A DNA stretch of 33,550 nt from Anaerolineae bacterium (GTDB lineage Bacteria; Chloroflexota; Anaerolineae; B4-G1; DUEL01): the NCBI GenBank assembly GCA_041082215.1, contig JBDOIF010000159.1, forward strand, positions 1-33,550, given 5' to 3'. The notes under the pieces were generated by a model. It had not been told where the DNA came from. It did no database searches and worked only from the letters and a program-made list of their open reading frames with translations. Position numbers and translations under genes: made by a program. This document shows, piece after piece, positions 1 through 9,112 of the stretch. The stretch's first letter is position 1. The number at the start of each line of letters is the position of its first letter.

Positions 1-77
1 AAAAACAATCTTCTTTATTCGGCCGCAGGTGTGGCCGAGGGCCCTGGCGGAAAATCGCGGGCCAAAAAGCCAAAGTT

Positions 78-120
78 GAGGGGAGGGGGTAGCGGCGAAG
101 CCGCTGGGGGAGGGGTGAGG
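78..120 (-). repeat. CCTCACCCC-hairpin-ACCCCCTC REP-like element, copy 1
   Basis: Minus strand reads CCTCACCCC TCCCCC AGCGGC-TTC-GCCGCT ACCCCCTCCCCTC. Same architecture as 4491-4533. Confidence 0.55.
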
Positions 121-176
121 AAATCTTGTAAATACCCCTGTCCCAACTCACGTCCGAACATCAGTTTTAAGCCGAC

Positions 177-205
177 TTGAAGTCTCCCCTGCTTTGTGGT
201 ATATT
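177..205 (+). promoter_or_regulatory. Putative sigma70-type promoter for the 261..1739 gene
   Basis: TTGAAG (177-182), 17-nt spacer, TATATT (200-205), with extended -10 TGG at 197-199. Confidence 0.55.
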
Positions 206-260
206 GACATTGCCCCATGGCGTTTACAAGCTGATATGCGCCGGGGAGAAGGGGACGGAT

Positions 261-1739
261 ATGAAAGAGTCCAGATGGGCACTGTGGCTGGCCGCGGGAG
301 CAGAAGGGGGCGTGTTGCTCTTCCTGCTCTCCATCCTCGCAGGTCGGGCGACACCCCTCCAGGCCGCTCCCGTCGCACAGCCTCCCTTCGGCCCGGCATC
401 CGGGCCTGCACTGGCTCCCTCCGCAGCCCCCATCACCTGCACCCTGGCCACCACCACCACCGATGCCCTGCCGGGGATCAACAGCTTTGCCACTGCCGCG
501 ATCCTGGCCGACTACGAAGGCCTGGCGCTGGCCTCCGGCAACCGGGGGGCCGAAGTCCCTCCCGAAGAGGATTATTTCCGGCTGGACAACGCTATCGTCG
601 GATATACCTACGAAGTCGAAGCCATTCCCGACGGCCTGGGCAACTACAATCTGGGGATCATCGTCTACAATGCCAGCTACACCCCTGTCCTCACCGACAC
701 CAACACGCTGGATGGGAACAGTGCCTTCGTCGCCCTGCAGGCCAAAAACACCGGCCCCTATTTCTTCAAGGTGTTTCAGGTGAGCAACTTCTGCAGCGGC
801 GGCACTTATTCCCTGTTTGCCTCCGCCATCCCTCCGGCCACATCCACCCCCACGCCCCCGCCCGGCCCCGCCCCCACCTCCATCCCCGGCGCCGATGAAT
901 TCGAACCGAACTACGACTTTGCCCATGCCGCCACCATCGCCACCGACATCACCTATGACAGGCTGAACTTCATACCCTGGGGTGGAGGGGCGGAGGACAA
1001 CGACTACTACAAAATCTGGGTGAAGCCGGGCCTCATCTACACCTGCAGGACAATGGACCTGGGGCCGGGTGTGGACACCAACATGATTTTCTACGACAAG
1101 GACCACAACCCCCTCGGCGGGAACGACGATGTGGAACTGGGGGATTACAGCAGTCGCTTTTCCTACTTTGCCACCTATGAGGGCTTCCTCTACGTGCTGG
1201 TCGGCCACGGGGGGCGCTTGCCGCTCACCGACGTCCAGCAGAGCAGCTATAGCCTCCGATGCGATATGTCCATCCCGGGCATCCCCACCGTCACCCCCAC
1301 ACCCCGTCCCGCCTCCACCCCCGAGCAGCCAGGCGCCACTCCCCCGACTTCCGTCTCCCCTCTCCCCACCCCTACCCCTGGCGGCATGCTGGCGGTCCGC
1401 ACACTGGCCACCCCCCCACCCCCCTCTCCTACCGGCACGCCCGCCCTCCGGTTTGTCCCGGTTGACCTGCTGGTCTATTACGATGCCAACAACGACCGCA
1501 GTCCCGGGGCAGGGGAGGGGGTCAGCGGCATTCTGGTCCAGGCCTACGAGGCCACTACCGGCGAACAGATCGCCGAGGGATTCACCGACGAGGTGGGCCA
1601 CCTCCAGTTCACCGCCGCCGCCCGTGGTCCTGTCCGGATCCATATCCCCTACCTCGGCGTCGAGAAACTGATCGGCAGCGAGGGGGCATCGCTGTACATC
1701 CGCATCGCCCCCCAGCCGCTGCCGACGGCAGTCCCCTGA
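261..1739 (+). CDS. Secreted/surface protein with two pre-peptidase C-terminal (PPC)-like beta domains, Pro/Thr-rich linkers and a C-terminal SdrD B-like domain
   Basis: ATG at 261 after GGAGAAGGGG. N-terminal hydrophobic signal segment. Two similar modules (DALPGINSFATAA..EEDYF and DEFEPNYDFAHAA..DNDYY..GNDD). PT-rich linkers. C-terminal VYYDANNDRSPGAGEGVSG..TDEVG resembles SdrD B/Cna-type domains. Confidence 0.7.
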   Translation: MKESRWALWLAAGAEGGVLLFLLSILAGRATPLQAAPVAQPPFGPASGPALAPSAAPITCTLATTTTDALPGINSFATAAILADYEGLALASGNRGAEVPPEEDYFRLDNAIVGYTYEVEAIPDGLGNYNLGIIVYNASYTPVLTDTNTLDGNSAFVALQAKNTGPYFFKVFQVSNFCSGGTYSLFASAIPPATSTPTPPPGPAPTSIPGADEFEPNYDFAHAATIATDITYDRLNFIPWGGGAEDNDYYKIWVKPGLIYTCRTMDLGPGVDTNMIFYDKDHNPLGGNDDVELGDYSSRFSYFATYEGFLYVLVGHGGRLPLTDVQQSSYSLRCDMSIPGIPTVTPTPRPASTPEQPGATPPTSVSPLPTPTPGGMLAVRTLATPPPPSPTGTPALRFVPVDLLVYYDANNDRSPGAGEGVSGILVQAYEATTGEQIAEGFTDEVGHLQFTAAARGPVRIHIPYLGVEKLIGSEGASLYIRIAPQPLPTAVP

Positions 1740-1765
1740 AGCGGCCCCTATCCAGGAGGGCGCCC

Positions 1766-3157
1766 ATGGCCGAAACGATGGTCCCCCAACCTGAATCGCT
1801 GCCGGAGAAACCGGAAGCGACCCCTCCCCGGGCCGGCCGGCCGTCCATATGGCGGTCGAAAGGGATACCCGTCATCGCCATCGCCGGTGCCGCCCTCCTG
1901 ATCGTGGCCCTGATCCTCCTCCTGGCTTTCCGTTCCACCCTCTTTCCCTCCCGCCCAGCCGGGATGGAGCTGGAGATCACCCGCGTCTCCCTCAGCCCCC
2001 TCACCCCACCGCCCGCCCCCATTGTCGAAATTGGCGACACCCAGCTCACCCTTCCCCTCCCATCCAACCTGGAGATCGAGGGGCAGTCCTTCCCGGTACG
2101 GGCAACCGGACCGGGGGAGGGGACGGCGATAGACCCATCCGCCTACGCCGGCTCCGCTATCTGGTTCTACGGCACCGTGATCAACTACGTGCTGGGGCTG
2201 GAGGCTACAGAGGAAAACCAGGCCCTTGTCGGTCAGCTTGAGCCGGGCGACCCGATCCGCCTCCGGCTTTCCAACGGCACCCGCATTCTCTTCCGCGTCG
2301 CCCATCGGCAGGAGGTCAGCCCCGACGACCCCGCCCTCTTCGACCAATCCCGCCCTGCCCTCACGCTCGTGCTCCTGAAAGTTGGAGAGGAGAAACGGGA
2401 AGCGGTCTTTGCCGATTTCGATATGGTGGAGGAGCTTCCTCCGTCGGCCAGCGGCGTGAGCGCCAGCCCCGGCCAGCCGGTCCAGATCGGCGACGCCCAG
2501 GTGACGGTGATGGACGGCCATGCCGAGGTTGCGGAGGACCTCCCCTCGGGGACGATTGTGTTTCTGGTGGAGTTTACCATCCAGAACACCGGTCAGGCTG
2601 CTCTGGACACAAGAGCGCTGGTGATGGAACTGACCGACGGGGCGGGAAACCGGTACCTCCCCACCCCCTCCTATGCCGACCTGGGAGAGTACGGTCCCCT
2701 CACCGGCGATGTGCCCGCGGGGATGGGGGTCAGCGGGACGGCCGCCTATATCGTCCCGGAGGAGCTGGCCGGCCCGGCCTTCACGTGGACCTTCGGCCTG
2801 CACTCCGATTCGGAGCTGCGGGCCCGGTTCACCATCCCCTATAACCCACCAACCTCCCCGATCACCCAGCCTGAGGTGGACATCCTGGAGGCCTTCCTCG
2901 GAGAGGGCGGGGAGGTCCTCCACGTGGTCGCCGAGATTTACAATCCTGGCGAAGTTCCCCTCACCGTCTCCGCCGACGATATCTCCCTCAGCTCCAGCGC
3001 CGGGCCGGGGGAAATGATCCTGGCAGCCCCTCCTCTGCCCTGGACAATTGAGGCATACGACGCGCGGGAGGTCGAACTGGAGTTCGCCCGTCCCGAAGCG
3101 GCGGCTGCCGTCCTCACGATCCTGGGATATACCTTCGAGATCTCTGGATTTCCGTGA
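1766..3157 (+). CDS. Membrane-anchored protein with a degenerate sortase-like domain and a DUF4352-like Ig domain
   Basis: RBS AGGAGG. One N-terminal TM helix. AIWFYG..NYVLG..LEPGDPIRL..FRV....V.PDD..LTLVLL..R follows the sortase fold pattern without the catalytic His/Cys. VEFTIQNTG..LTDGAGNRY..G..AY.VP resembles DUF4352. Confidence 0.6.
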   Translation: MAETMVPQPESLPEKPEATPPRAGRPSIWRSKGIPVIAIAGAALLIVALILLLAFRSTLFPSRPAGMELEITRVSLSPLTPPPAPIVEIGDTQLTLPLPSNLEIEGQSFPVRATGPGEGTAIDPSAYAGSAIWFYGTVINYVLGLEATEENQALVGQLEPGDPIRLRLSNGTRILFRVAHRQEVSPDDPALFDQSRPALTLVLLKVGEEKREAVFADFDMVEELPPSASGVSASPGQPVQIGDAQVTVMDGHAEVAEDLPSGTIVFLVEFTIQNTGQAALDTRALVMELTDGAGNRYLPTPSYADLGEYGPLTGDVPAGMGVSGTAAYIVPEELAGPAFTWTFGLHSDSELRARFTIPYNPPTSPITQPEVDILEAFLGEGGEVLHVVAEIYNPGEVPLTVSADDISLSSSAGPGEMILAAPPLPWTIEAYDAREVELEFARPEAAAAVLTILGYTFEISGFP

Positions 3158-3271
3158 AATGTGAAAGCCGTGAACCCCACCCCTGAGTCGCAGAGGACGC
3201 CCGCCCTGTCCCCCTGCGATGGAGTTCTGCCTCTTCACTCCGCTTAAGGCAGTCTGAATGGAGGTCTTCTT

Positions 3272-4399
3272 ATGGAAAGCCTGGTCTACTTTGCCACAGC
3301 CAGAGCCACCCGCTGGGACTACGAGCATAGCCTGGTCGCCCGGCTGGAACGGCTGCTGGAGAAACTGGAGCTGGGAAGCCGGATCGAAAAAGACGAGTAT
3401 GTGGCTATCAAGACCCACTTCGGCTCTCACGGGGCCCACCGGGTGGTGAGGCCGGTCTTTCTGCGTAAGGTGGCAGATGCGGTGAAGGCAGTGGGAGGCA
3501 GGCCCTTCGTCTGCGATACGGTCCGCATCAACGGCTGGGAGTACCTGGAGGTGGCCAATCAGAACGGGATCAACCCCCAGTCGGTGGGCTGCCCGGTGAT
3601 CCTGGCCGACGGCCTTTTCGGCTGCGACAGCGTCGAGGTGAAGGCCGGGCCGGTTCTGGGGACGGTGCGGGTTGCCTCCGCCATCCACGACGCGCCGGCG
3701 ATGGTCGTCGTTTCCCACTGCAAGGGGCACATCGGCGCCGGGTACGGGGGCGCGATCAAGAACCTGGCGATGGGTGGCGTGGCCGGCCGCCACCGGAGCG
3801 GGGACTGGCGACAGGCCCGGGGCCACCTCCACGCCGCAAGCCCGGAATCAAAGGTGGTGCGCGACCCGGAACTCTGCACCCTCTGCCTCCAGTGCCTCCA
3901 CGTATGCCCCACCGAAGCTATCTTCGAGACGGAAGAGGGGCTGGCGGTGGACGAGGAGAAGTGCTGGCGGTGTGGCCGGTGCGAACGGGTCTGCCCGGAG
4001 GGAGCGATCCAGCTCCAGAAGCGGGGAGAGGACGAGTTCCAGATGGCGCTGGCGGAATCGGTCCAGGCGGTCCTCTCCACCTTCCAGCCGGGCAAGGTGG
4101 TCTACCTGAACTTCGCCCTGGAGGTCCAGCCAGAGTGCGACTGCATGCCGATGGCCGACACCCCGCTGGTGCAGGACCAGGGGATCTTCGGCGGGGACGA
4201 CATTGTGGCGGTGGAGCAGGCGACGCTGGACCGGATCAACGGTGCGGTCCCGCTGCCCGATTCCGCTGCCGCCGACCGGCGGGTGCAGTACGGCCAGCCT
4301 GTCCTCCCCGCAACGCTTGGAGTAGACGGCCAGCCCCACGTAGATGCGGCGGCCGCTCTGGGACTCGGCAACCGGAGATACCGGCTGGTGGAAGTATAG
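3272..4399 (+). CDS. DUF362-family Fe-S protein with an inserted 2[4Fe-4S] ferredoxin domain
   Basis: VAIKTHFG, ADGLFG, SHCKGH..GGAIKNLAMG, two CxxCxxCxxxCP motifs, PECDC. RBS GGAGG at 3260-3264. Confidence 0.85.
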   Translation: MESLVYFATARATRWDYEHSLVARLERLLEKLELGSRIEKDEYVAIKTHFGSHGAHRVVRPVFLRKVADAVKAVGGRPFVCDTVRINGWEYLEVANQNGINPQSVGCPVILADGLFGCDSVEVKAGPVLGTVRVASAIHDAPAMVVVSHCKGHIGAGYGGAIKNLAMGGVAGRHRSGDWRQARGHLHAASPESKVVRDPELCTLCLQCLHVCPTEAIFETEEGLAVDEEKCWRCGRCERVCPEGAIQLQKRGEDEFQMALAESVQAVLSTFQPGKVVYLNFALEVQPECDCMPMADTPLVQDQGIFGGDDIVAVEQATLDRINGAVPLPDSAAADRRVQYGQPVLPATLGVDGQPHVDAAAALGLGNRRYRLVEV

Positions 4400-4490
4400 G
4401 GTACCGCCGGGAAAGGGGGGACCACCCGCCTTACATCCCCCGCGTTTTCCGTGAGTCAACGGGGCGCACCTATTGCATCCTTCGGCTTGG

Positions 4491-4533
4491 CCCTCACCCC
4501 ACCTCCGCCCGCCTGCGGCGGGCACCCCCTCTC
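4491..4533 (+). repeat. CCTCACCCC-hairpin-ACCCCCTC REP-like element, copy 2
   Basis: CCCTCACCCC ACCTCC GCCCGCC-TGC-GGCGGGC ACCCCCTCTC, lying between convergent genes. Confidence 0.55.
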
Positions 4534-4539
4534 GTCAAG

Positions 4540-5373
4540 CTACAACAGGTGCCGCTCCAGCCAGCTTTCCAGGTCGGACAGAGCCTGGTCGCGGGTGATG
4601 TCGTTGTGGGGCTCGTGGTAGCCCCCCGCGTACCCGTGCCACTCCTTATCCGGGAAGGTCACCTTTTCGAAGAAGGCACGGCTGGCCTCGGGCGGCACGA
4701 GCCGGTCCGCCTCTCCCTGAAGGACCAGTAGCGGCAGCCGGAACTCCCCGGCGTGGCTCTGGACCCACTCGATGGCCTTTCCCATCTCCGTCCCCAGCCG
4801 TGGCGTCCCCTTGCTGTGCACCAGCGGATCCTCTTTGTAGGCGCGCACCACCTCCGGGTCGCGGGAGATGGCGGAGGCATCCAGCCCCGTATCCAGTGAG
4901 AATCGCGGCAGGAGCCGGGAGAGGACGCGGCTCATGGTGAGCAGGAAGGGGGAGATCCCCACCTGGCCCAGAGCGGGGGCAGAGGCGATCACTCCTTTCA
5001 GCCCCTCGGGGTAGTGCAGCGCATACTCCAGGACGATGAGGCCCCCCAGGCTGTGGCCCATCAGGAAGAGGGGGCGGCCCCGCTCCTGATCGGCGACTGT
5101 CCGCAGGAAGGCCCGCACGTCCTCCCGGAACTCCGACCACTCGTTGATGTATCCCCGCTGGCCGGGCGAGCGGCCGTGCCCCCGATGGTCGAAGCTCCAG
5201 ACAGCGTATCCCCTGGGCACGAGGCGGTCCACCACGTTCATATAGCGGCCACTGTGCTCGCCGAAGCCGTGGACCACGGCCAGCACCGCTCTGGGTTCTC
5301 CCTCCGGTCGCCAGCACTGATCGTACAGCTCAAGCCCGCCAGCTCCCCGAAAGCTCCCTTCCCTGTGCTCCAT
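4540..5373 (-). CDS. Alpha/beta hydrolase, lysophospholipase/monoglyceride lipase family
   Basis: HGFGEHSGRY, DHRGHGRS, nucleophile GHSLGG, D..V and YHE catalytic regions. Start moved to MEHREG (ATG 5373) after RBS GGAGGGAGG. Confidence 0.9.
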   Translation of the reverse strand: MEHREGSFRGAGGLELYDQCWRPEGEPRAVLAVVHGFGEHSGRYMNVVDRLVPRGYAVWSFDHRGHGRSPGQRGYINEWSEFREDVRAFLRTVADQERGRPLFLMGHSLGGLIVLEYALHYPEGLKGVIASAPALGQVGISPFLLTMSRVLSRLLPRFSLDTGLDASAISRDPEVVRAYKEDPLVHSKGTPRLGTEMGKAIEWVQSHAGEFRLPLLVLQGEADRLVPPEASRAFFEKVTFPDKEWHGYAGGYHEPHNDITRDQALSDLESWLERHLL

Positions 5374-5410
5374 TTGACCTCCCTCCTTGTCACTATTCAA
5401 CCAGCGACCT

Positions 5411-6130
5411 TCACCCCAGCGGCCGTTTCTCCGGTATCCCCGGACGACGGGGATACCTTTCTGGTGTAGCGGCCACCTTATCCACCACAACCAGATACCG
5501 CGTCTCCGCCAACCCGTGCAGCGTCACCGGCACCAGTCGTTGCACCCGCCCACCCAGGATGCGGATCGCCTCCTCAGCAGCGTGGACCTCGGCGGGGCCT
5601 CCTTCCCCTTTCTGGGCCAGGGCCGCTCCCCCCACCCGCACCAGGGGCAGCAGGTACTCGGCCAGGGTCGGCATCTCCGCCACCGCCCGCGCCAGCGCCC
5701 AGTCGTACCGCTCCCGGTAGCGCGGGCTGGCGCCCAGCTCCTCCGCCCGGCCGTGGACCACCTCCACTTCCCGCAGCCCCAGCCGGCCGATCAGGTGCTC
5801 CAGAAAGACCGTCTTTTTCTGGGCCGCCTCCAGCAGTGTGAGCCGCATCCCCGGGCAGAGGATTTTGAGAGGGAGGCCCGGGAAACCAGCCCCGGTACCC
5901 ACGTCAATCACCCGTGCGCCGGCCTGGAGCTTCGCCCGGGGAAGGGCCAGCAGGCAGGAAAGGGAGTCCAGGAAATGGCGGACCTGCACCCCTTCGTAGT
6001 CGGTGATGGCAGTGAGGTTAAACCGCCGGTTCCACTCCACCAGCTCCTCGTAATAGGTCTGGAAGAGGGAGAGGTGGTCCTTGTTGAGGGCGATCCCCAG
6101 TTCCTGAGCGCCTCGGATCAGCTTTTCCAT
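5411..6130 (-). CDS. rsmG: 16S rRNA m7G527 methyltransferase RsmG (GidB)
   Basis: WNRRFNLTAI, HFLDSL, DVGTGAGFPG, RAEE, ARAVA, and C-terminal TPERYPRRPG..EKRPL. Confidence 0.95.
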   Translation of the reverse strand: MEKLIRGAQELGIALNKDHLSLFQTYYEELVEWNRRFNLTAITDYEGVQVRHFLDSLSCLLALPRAKLQAGARVIDVGTGAGFPGLPLKILCPGMRLTLLEAAQKKTVFLEHLIGRLGLREVEVVHGRAEELGASPRYRERYDWALARAVAEMPTLAEYLLPLVRVGGAALAQKGEGGPAEVHAAEEAIRILGGRVQRLVPVTLHGLAETRYLVVVDKVAATPERYPRRPGIPEKRPLG

Positions 6131-6170
6131 GCCAGCAACGTGGTTTACTCGACCGCGGCATCCTCTCGCT

Positions 6171-8321
6171 TCACTGCGGGTTTTCCGGCGGCTGGGCCTC
6201 TGGCGGGAGGGGAGTGAGGGGAAGGCCGTAATAAGCTTCCACCACCCCTCGTACCATCGGCGCGGCTACCGATGATCCCTCTCCCGCGTTTTCCACCATC
6301 ACCACGACCGCGATCTCTGGATTGTCCGCCGGGGCGTAGGCGGCAAACCATGAGTGTGGAAGGGTATCCGCTCCCGGCGCTTCCGCCGTTCCGGTCTTGC
6401 CGGCCACGGGGATGCCCATCCCCACGAACCGGTAAGTCGCCGTGCCGATGGGGGAAGTGGTCACCCCCTTCAGCGCCTCCTGGATGACGGCCAGGTTCTC
6501 CGCTGAGACGGGCAGAGTCCCCACCACCTCGGGCTGGACAACGACCTCGGGGTAGGCCTCCCCGGCCGCGGCGATCCGCTGAACCAGATAGGGGCGGTAC
6601 AGGGTACCTCCGTTCGCCACGGCGGCCATCATCCTCGCCACCTGCAGCGGCGTGACCAGCAGGTATCCCTGCCCGATCGCCAGGTTGACACTATCGCCCG
6701 GCCACCAGTTCTCCCCGTATGTCGCCTGCTTCCACTCCGGGTCCGGCATCAGCCCCGGGGTTTCGGGGATCTCCGCCAGTCCCGTCGGCATCCCCAGGCC
6801 GAAGGAGCGCCCAAAGCGGGGCAGAATCGCCGGATCCATTCCGTCCAGCGTCTGCCCCAGAGAGTAAAAGGTGACATCGCAGGAAGCGGTCAGGGCGTCC
6901 TTCAGGTTGATGTTCCCGTGCCCCCCTTCCCTCCAGCACCGCTTCCGGTACTGGGGGCCCAGCCCGTCCCAGTAGCCGGGGCACCAGAAGGTGGAGTCCG
7001 CTGTCATCCCTCCGGCCTCCATTGCAGCCGCTATCGTCACCACCTTGAAGACGGAGCCGCAGGGGTAGGCTCCCTGGGTGGCCCGGTTGACCAGGGGGTG
7101 GCGCGGATCGGAGAGAGTGGCGATCCGCTCCTCCCCACCCGTCGGCCCGACGAAGACATTGGGATCGAAAGAGGGGCCGCTGGCCATAGCCAGGATCGCC
7201 CCGGTATGGACGTCCATCACAACAACAGCCCCCCTGCGGTCTCCCAGAATCTGCTGGACCTGCTGCTGGAGCGGTCGGTCTATGGTGGTGTAGAGCGCGC
7301 GGCTGGGGACAGCGTCCTTATGGGCCAGGACGGCGAGGGGCTGGCCAGCGGGACTCATCAGGTAGAGCGTGCCGCCGTGGGTTCCGGCCAGGTACGGCTC
7401 CCCCCACGCCTCCAGCCCGGCCACCCCCACCCACTCATCCCCCCGGTATCCGCGCGCGCGGTAAGCCTCCAGTTGCTCTGCTGGCACCGGGGCCACCCAC
7501 CCGACCACATGGGGGGCCACGCCGTGATCCCAGTATGTGCGCCCTTCCTTCTCCTGGGCCACAATGCCAGGGGTGTTCAGCAGCAGATCGGCATGTTCCA
7601 CGCTCACCTGGGCGGGGATGTCGGCGATAGGGGTCCACCAATCGGCGGGGCGGTCGGCATAGCGGGCACGGATCTCTTCGGGGGGAAGCCCCGTCACCAG
7701 ACTCAACGCCGCCAGCACAGCCTGCTCGTCCTGGATCTGCCCCGGCACCACTCCGACGGTGACGATGGTCCCTTCGGCCGCCAGGGCCAGCCCGTTGCGG
7801 TCGTAGATGTTGGCGCGGGCCGGGATGTGGTATTCCATGTAGAGGTAATTTGCCTCCCCCAACCCGGGCCAGATCAGATCGCCCGAACCCTCCACCCACC
7901 ACCGTCCATCCTGGAAAATGAGGGAAAGCACAGTGTCGGTCACCACCGTCCCCACCAGTGCCGTCTCCCAGGAGAGCTGGCAGGCAGCCTGGGCGACGCT
8001 CCCGTCCTGGAGCACTGCCTGGAGAGAGGCGGTTGGGGTGAGGACGGTGGCGGTGCGGAAAGCGGCACGGTAGCGGCTGGCGAAGTCGGCTGGAGCGATG
8101 GCTGCCCGGGAGGAGGGGGCCAGCAGAGCGTACATCCCCTCCGGGTCCCCGCCCTCCCAGGCAGAGAGAAAGGCGATGGCTGCATCCTCAGGAGTCGGGG
8201 GGACGGGGGTGGCGGTAGGGGTCGGAGGGACAGGGGTCGGGTCGGCCGGGGCAGCCGTCCCTCTCCCACACGCCTCCAGGAGACATATCACCATCATCCA
8301 GAGGAGGAGCGCTCTTTTCAC
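6171..8321 (-). CDS. mrdA: Class B penicillin-binding protein (PBP2-like) with N-terminal NTF2/MecA-like domain, probable lipoprotein
   Basis: RANIYDRNG, G..GLE, NRATQGAYPCGSVFK (SxxK), SCD, AIGQG, GKTGTAE. Signal peptide ends LEAC. GTG start. Confidence 0.85.
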   Translation of the reverse strand: MKRALLLWMMVICLLEACGRGTAAPADPTPVPPTPTATPVPPTPEDAAIAFLSAWEGGDPEGMYALLAPSSRAAIAPADFASRYRAAFRTATVLTPTASLQAVLQDGSVAQAACQLSWETALVGTVVTDTVLSLIFQDGRWWVEGSGDLIWPGLGEANYLYMEYHIPARANIYDRNGLALAAEGTIVTVGVVPGQIQDEQAVLAALSLVTGLPPEEIRARYADRPADWWTPIADIPAQVSVEHADLLLNTPGIVAQEKEGRTYWDHGVAPHVVGWVAPVPAEQLEAYRARGYRGDEWVGVAGLEAWGEPYLAGTHGGTLYLMSPAGQPLAVLAHKDAVPSRALYTTIDRPLQQQVQQILGDRRGAVVVMDVHTGAILAMASGPSFDPNVFVGPTGGEERIATLSDPRHPLVNRATQGAYPCGSVFKVVTIAAAMEAGGMTADSTFWCPGYWDGLGPQYRKRCWREGGHGNINLKDALTASCDVTFYSLGQTLDGMDPAILPRFGRSFGLGMPTGLAEIPETPGLMPDPEWKQATYGENWWPGDSVNLAIGQGYLLVTPLQVARMMAAVANGGTLYRPYLVQRIAAAGEAYPEVVVQPEVVGTLPVSAENLAVIQEALKGVTTSPIGTATYRFVGMGIPVAGKTGTAEAPGADTLPHSWFAAYAPADNPEIAVVVMVENAGEGSSVAAPMVRGVVEAYYGLPLTPLPPEAQPPENPQ

Positions 8322-8328
8322 GCCGGAG

Positions 8329-8357
8329 ATTATAATGGGGAACGGCTAAGCTGTCCA
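8329..8357 (-). promoter_or_regulatory. Putative sigma70 promoter giving a leaderless mrdA transcript
   Basis: Minus strand TGGACA, 17-nt spacer, TATAAT. The GTG start at 8321 lies 7 nt after the -10 box. Confidence 0.65.
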
Positions 8358-8370
8358 GTGGTGAAGCGAG

Positions 8371-8399
8371 TTGCACTTTCCGTCAGTCCGTTGTAAAAT
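8371..8399 (+). promoter_or_regulatory. Putative sigma70 promoter of the nuoB cluster
   Basis: TTGCAC (8371-8376), 17-nt spacer, TAAAAT (8394-8399). RBS GGAGG at 8443-8447. Confidence 0.55.
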
Positions 8400-8457
8400 A
8401 CATCCCGTTTGACACGCCAAAACGCTCTACTACCTGAACTGCGGAGGAAGCGTCGTC

Positions 8458-9084
8458 ATGCCACCCCGAAAAAGGCAATTGCCTGAGATTCCCCCTGAGC
8501 TGGTTGGCACTGTCCACATCACGCCCATTGATGCGATCTACAACTGGGCACGCAAGCGGTCTCTGTGGCCTATCTTCTTCGGCCTGGCCTGCTGCGCCTT
8601 CGAGATGATCGGCACATTCGCCTCCCGCTTCGACCCCTCCCGCTTCGGGATGGAGATCATGCGGGCCAGCCCCCGCCAGGCGGACCTGATGATCATCAAC
8701 GGTACGGTCACCAAGAAAATGCTCCCTCAGGTCATCCGCCTCTACAACCAGATGCCCGAACCCAAATACGTGCTGGCGATGGGGGCCTGTGCCATCTCCG
8801 GCGGGCCGTTTAAGGAAGGGTATAACGTCGTTTCCGGCATAGACAAGTTCCTCCCCGTAGACGTCTACGTTCCAGGCTGCCCGCCCCGGCCCGAGGCCCT
8901 GCTCCACGGCTTCCTCACCATCCACGCCAAGATGGAGCGGGAGTCTATCCGCGACCTGCGCTGGTACCGCAAGGGCGAAGCGGACCGAAGCATACCCGTC
9001 CCGGAGCTGGGGCCCGACCTGGTAGACTGGCGGCTCACCGAGCAGATTGAGGCCCTCCAGCAGCCAGCAGCCAGCAACCAGTAA
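8458..9084 (+). CDS. nuoB: NADH-quinone oxidoreductase subunit B
   Basis: SLWP..FGLACCAFEM, RASPRQADLM, MPEPKYVLAMGACA..GG, VDVYVPGCPPRPEAL. Confidence 0.95.
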   Translation: MPPRKRQLPEIPPELVGTVHITPIDAIYNWARKRSLWPIFFGLACCAFEMIGTFASRFDPSRFGMEIMRASPRQADLMIINGTVTKKMLPQVIRLYNQMPEPKYVLAMGACAISGGPFKEGYNVVSGIDKFLPVDVYVPGCPPRPEALLHGFLTIHAKMERESIRDLRWYRKGEADRSIPVPELGPDLVDWRLTEQIEALQQPAASNQ

Positions 9085-9095
9085 CCAGCCACCAG
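9061..9095 (+). repeat. 7-nt tandem array (CAGCCAG x2, CAACCAG, TAACCAG, CCACCAG) overlapping the nuoB stop
   Basis: Read directly. The nuoB stop TAA (9082-9084) begins one unit. Confidence 0.8.
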
Positions 9096-9112
9096 CCGAG
9101 TGAGGGATACCG

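Noticed and set aside
19..38. TCGGCCGCA/TGTGGCCGA hairpin as a terminator
   Set aside because: No adjacent U-tract and the upstream context is outside the window.
3152..3174. CCGTGAA ATGTGAA..CCGTGAA heptamer-like run at a stop codon
   Set aside because: Only three imperfect units with broken phase; may belong to the heptamer class but is not supportable alone.
3214..3262. Fluoride (crcB) riboswitch, suggested by GCGATGGAGTTC
   Set aside because: The first stem is imperfect, the conserved 3' GCT(A/G)ATGAC.CCT segment is absent, and the downstream gene is not a typical fluoride-resistance gene.
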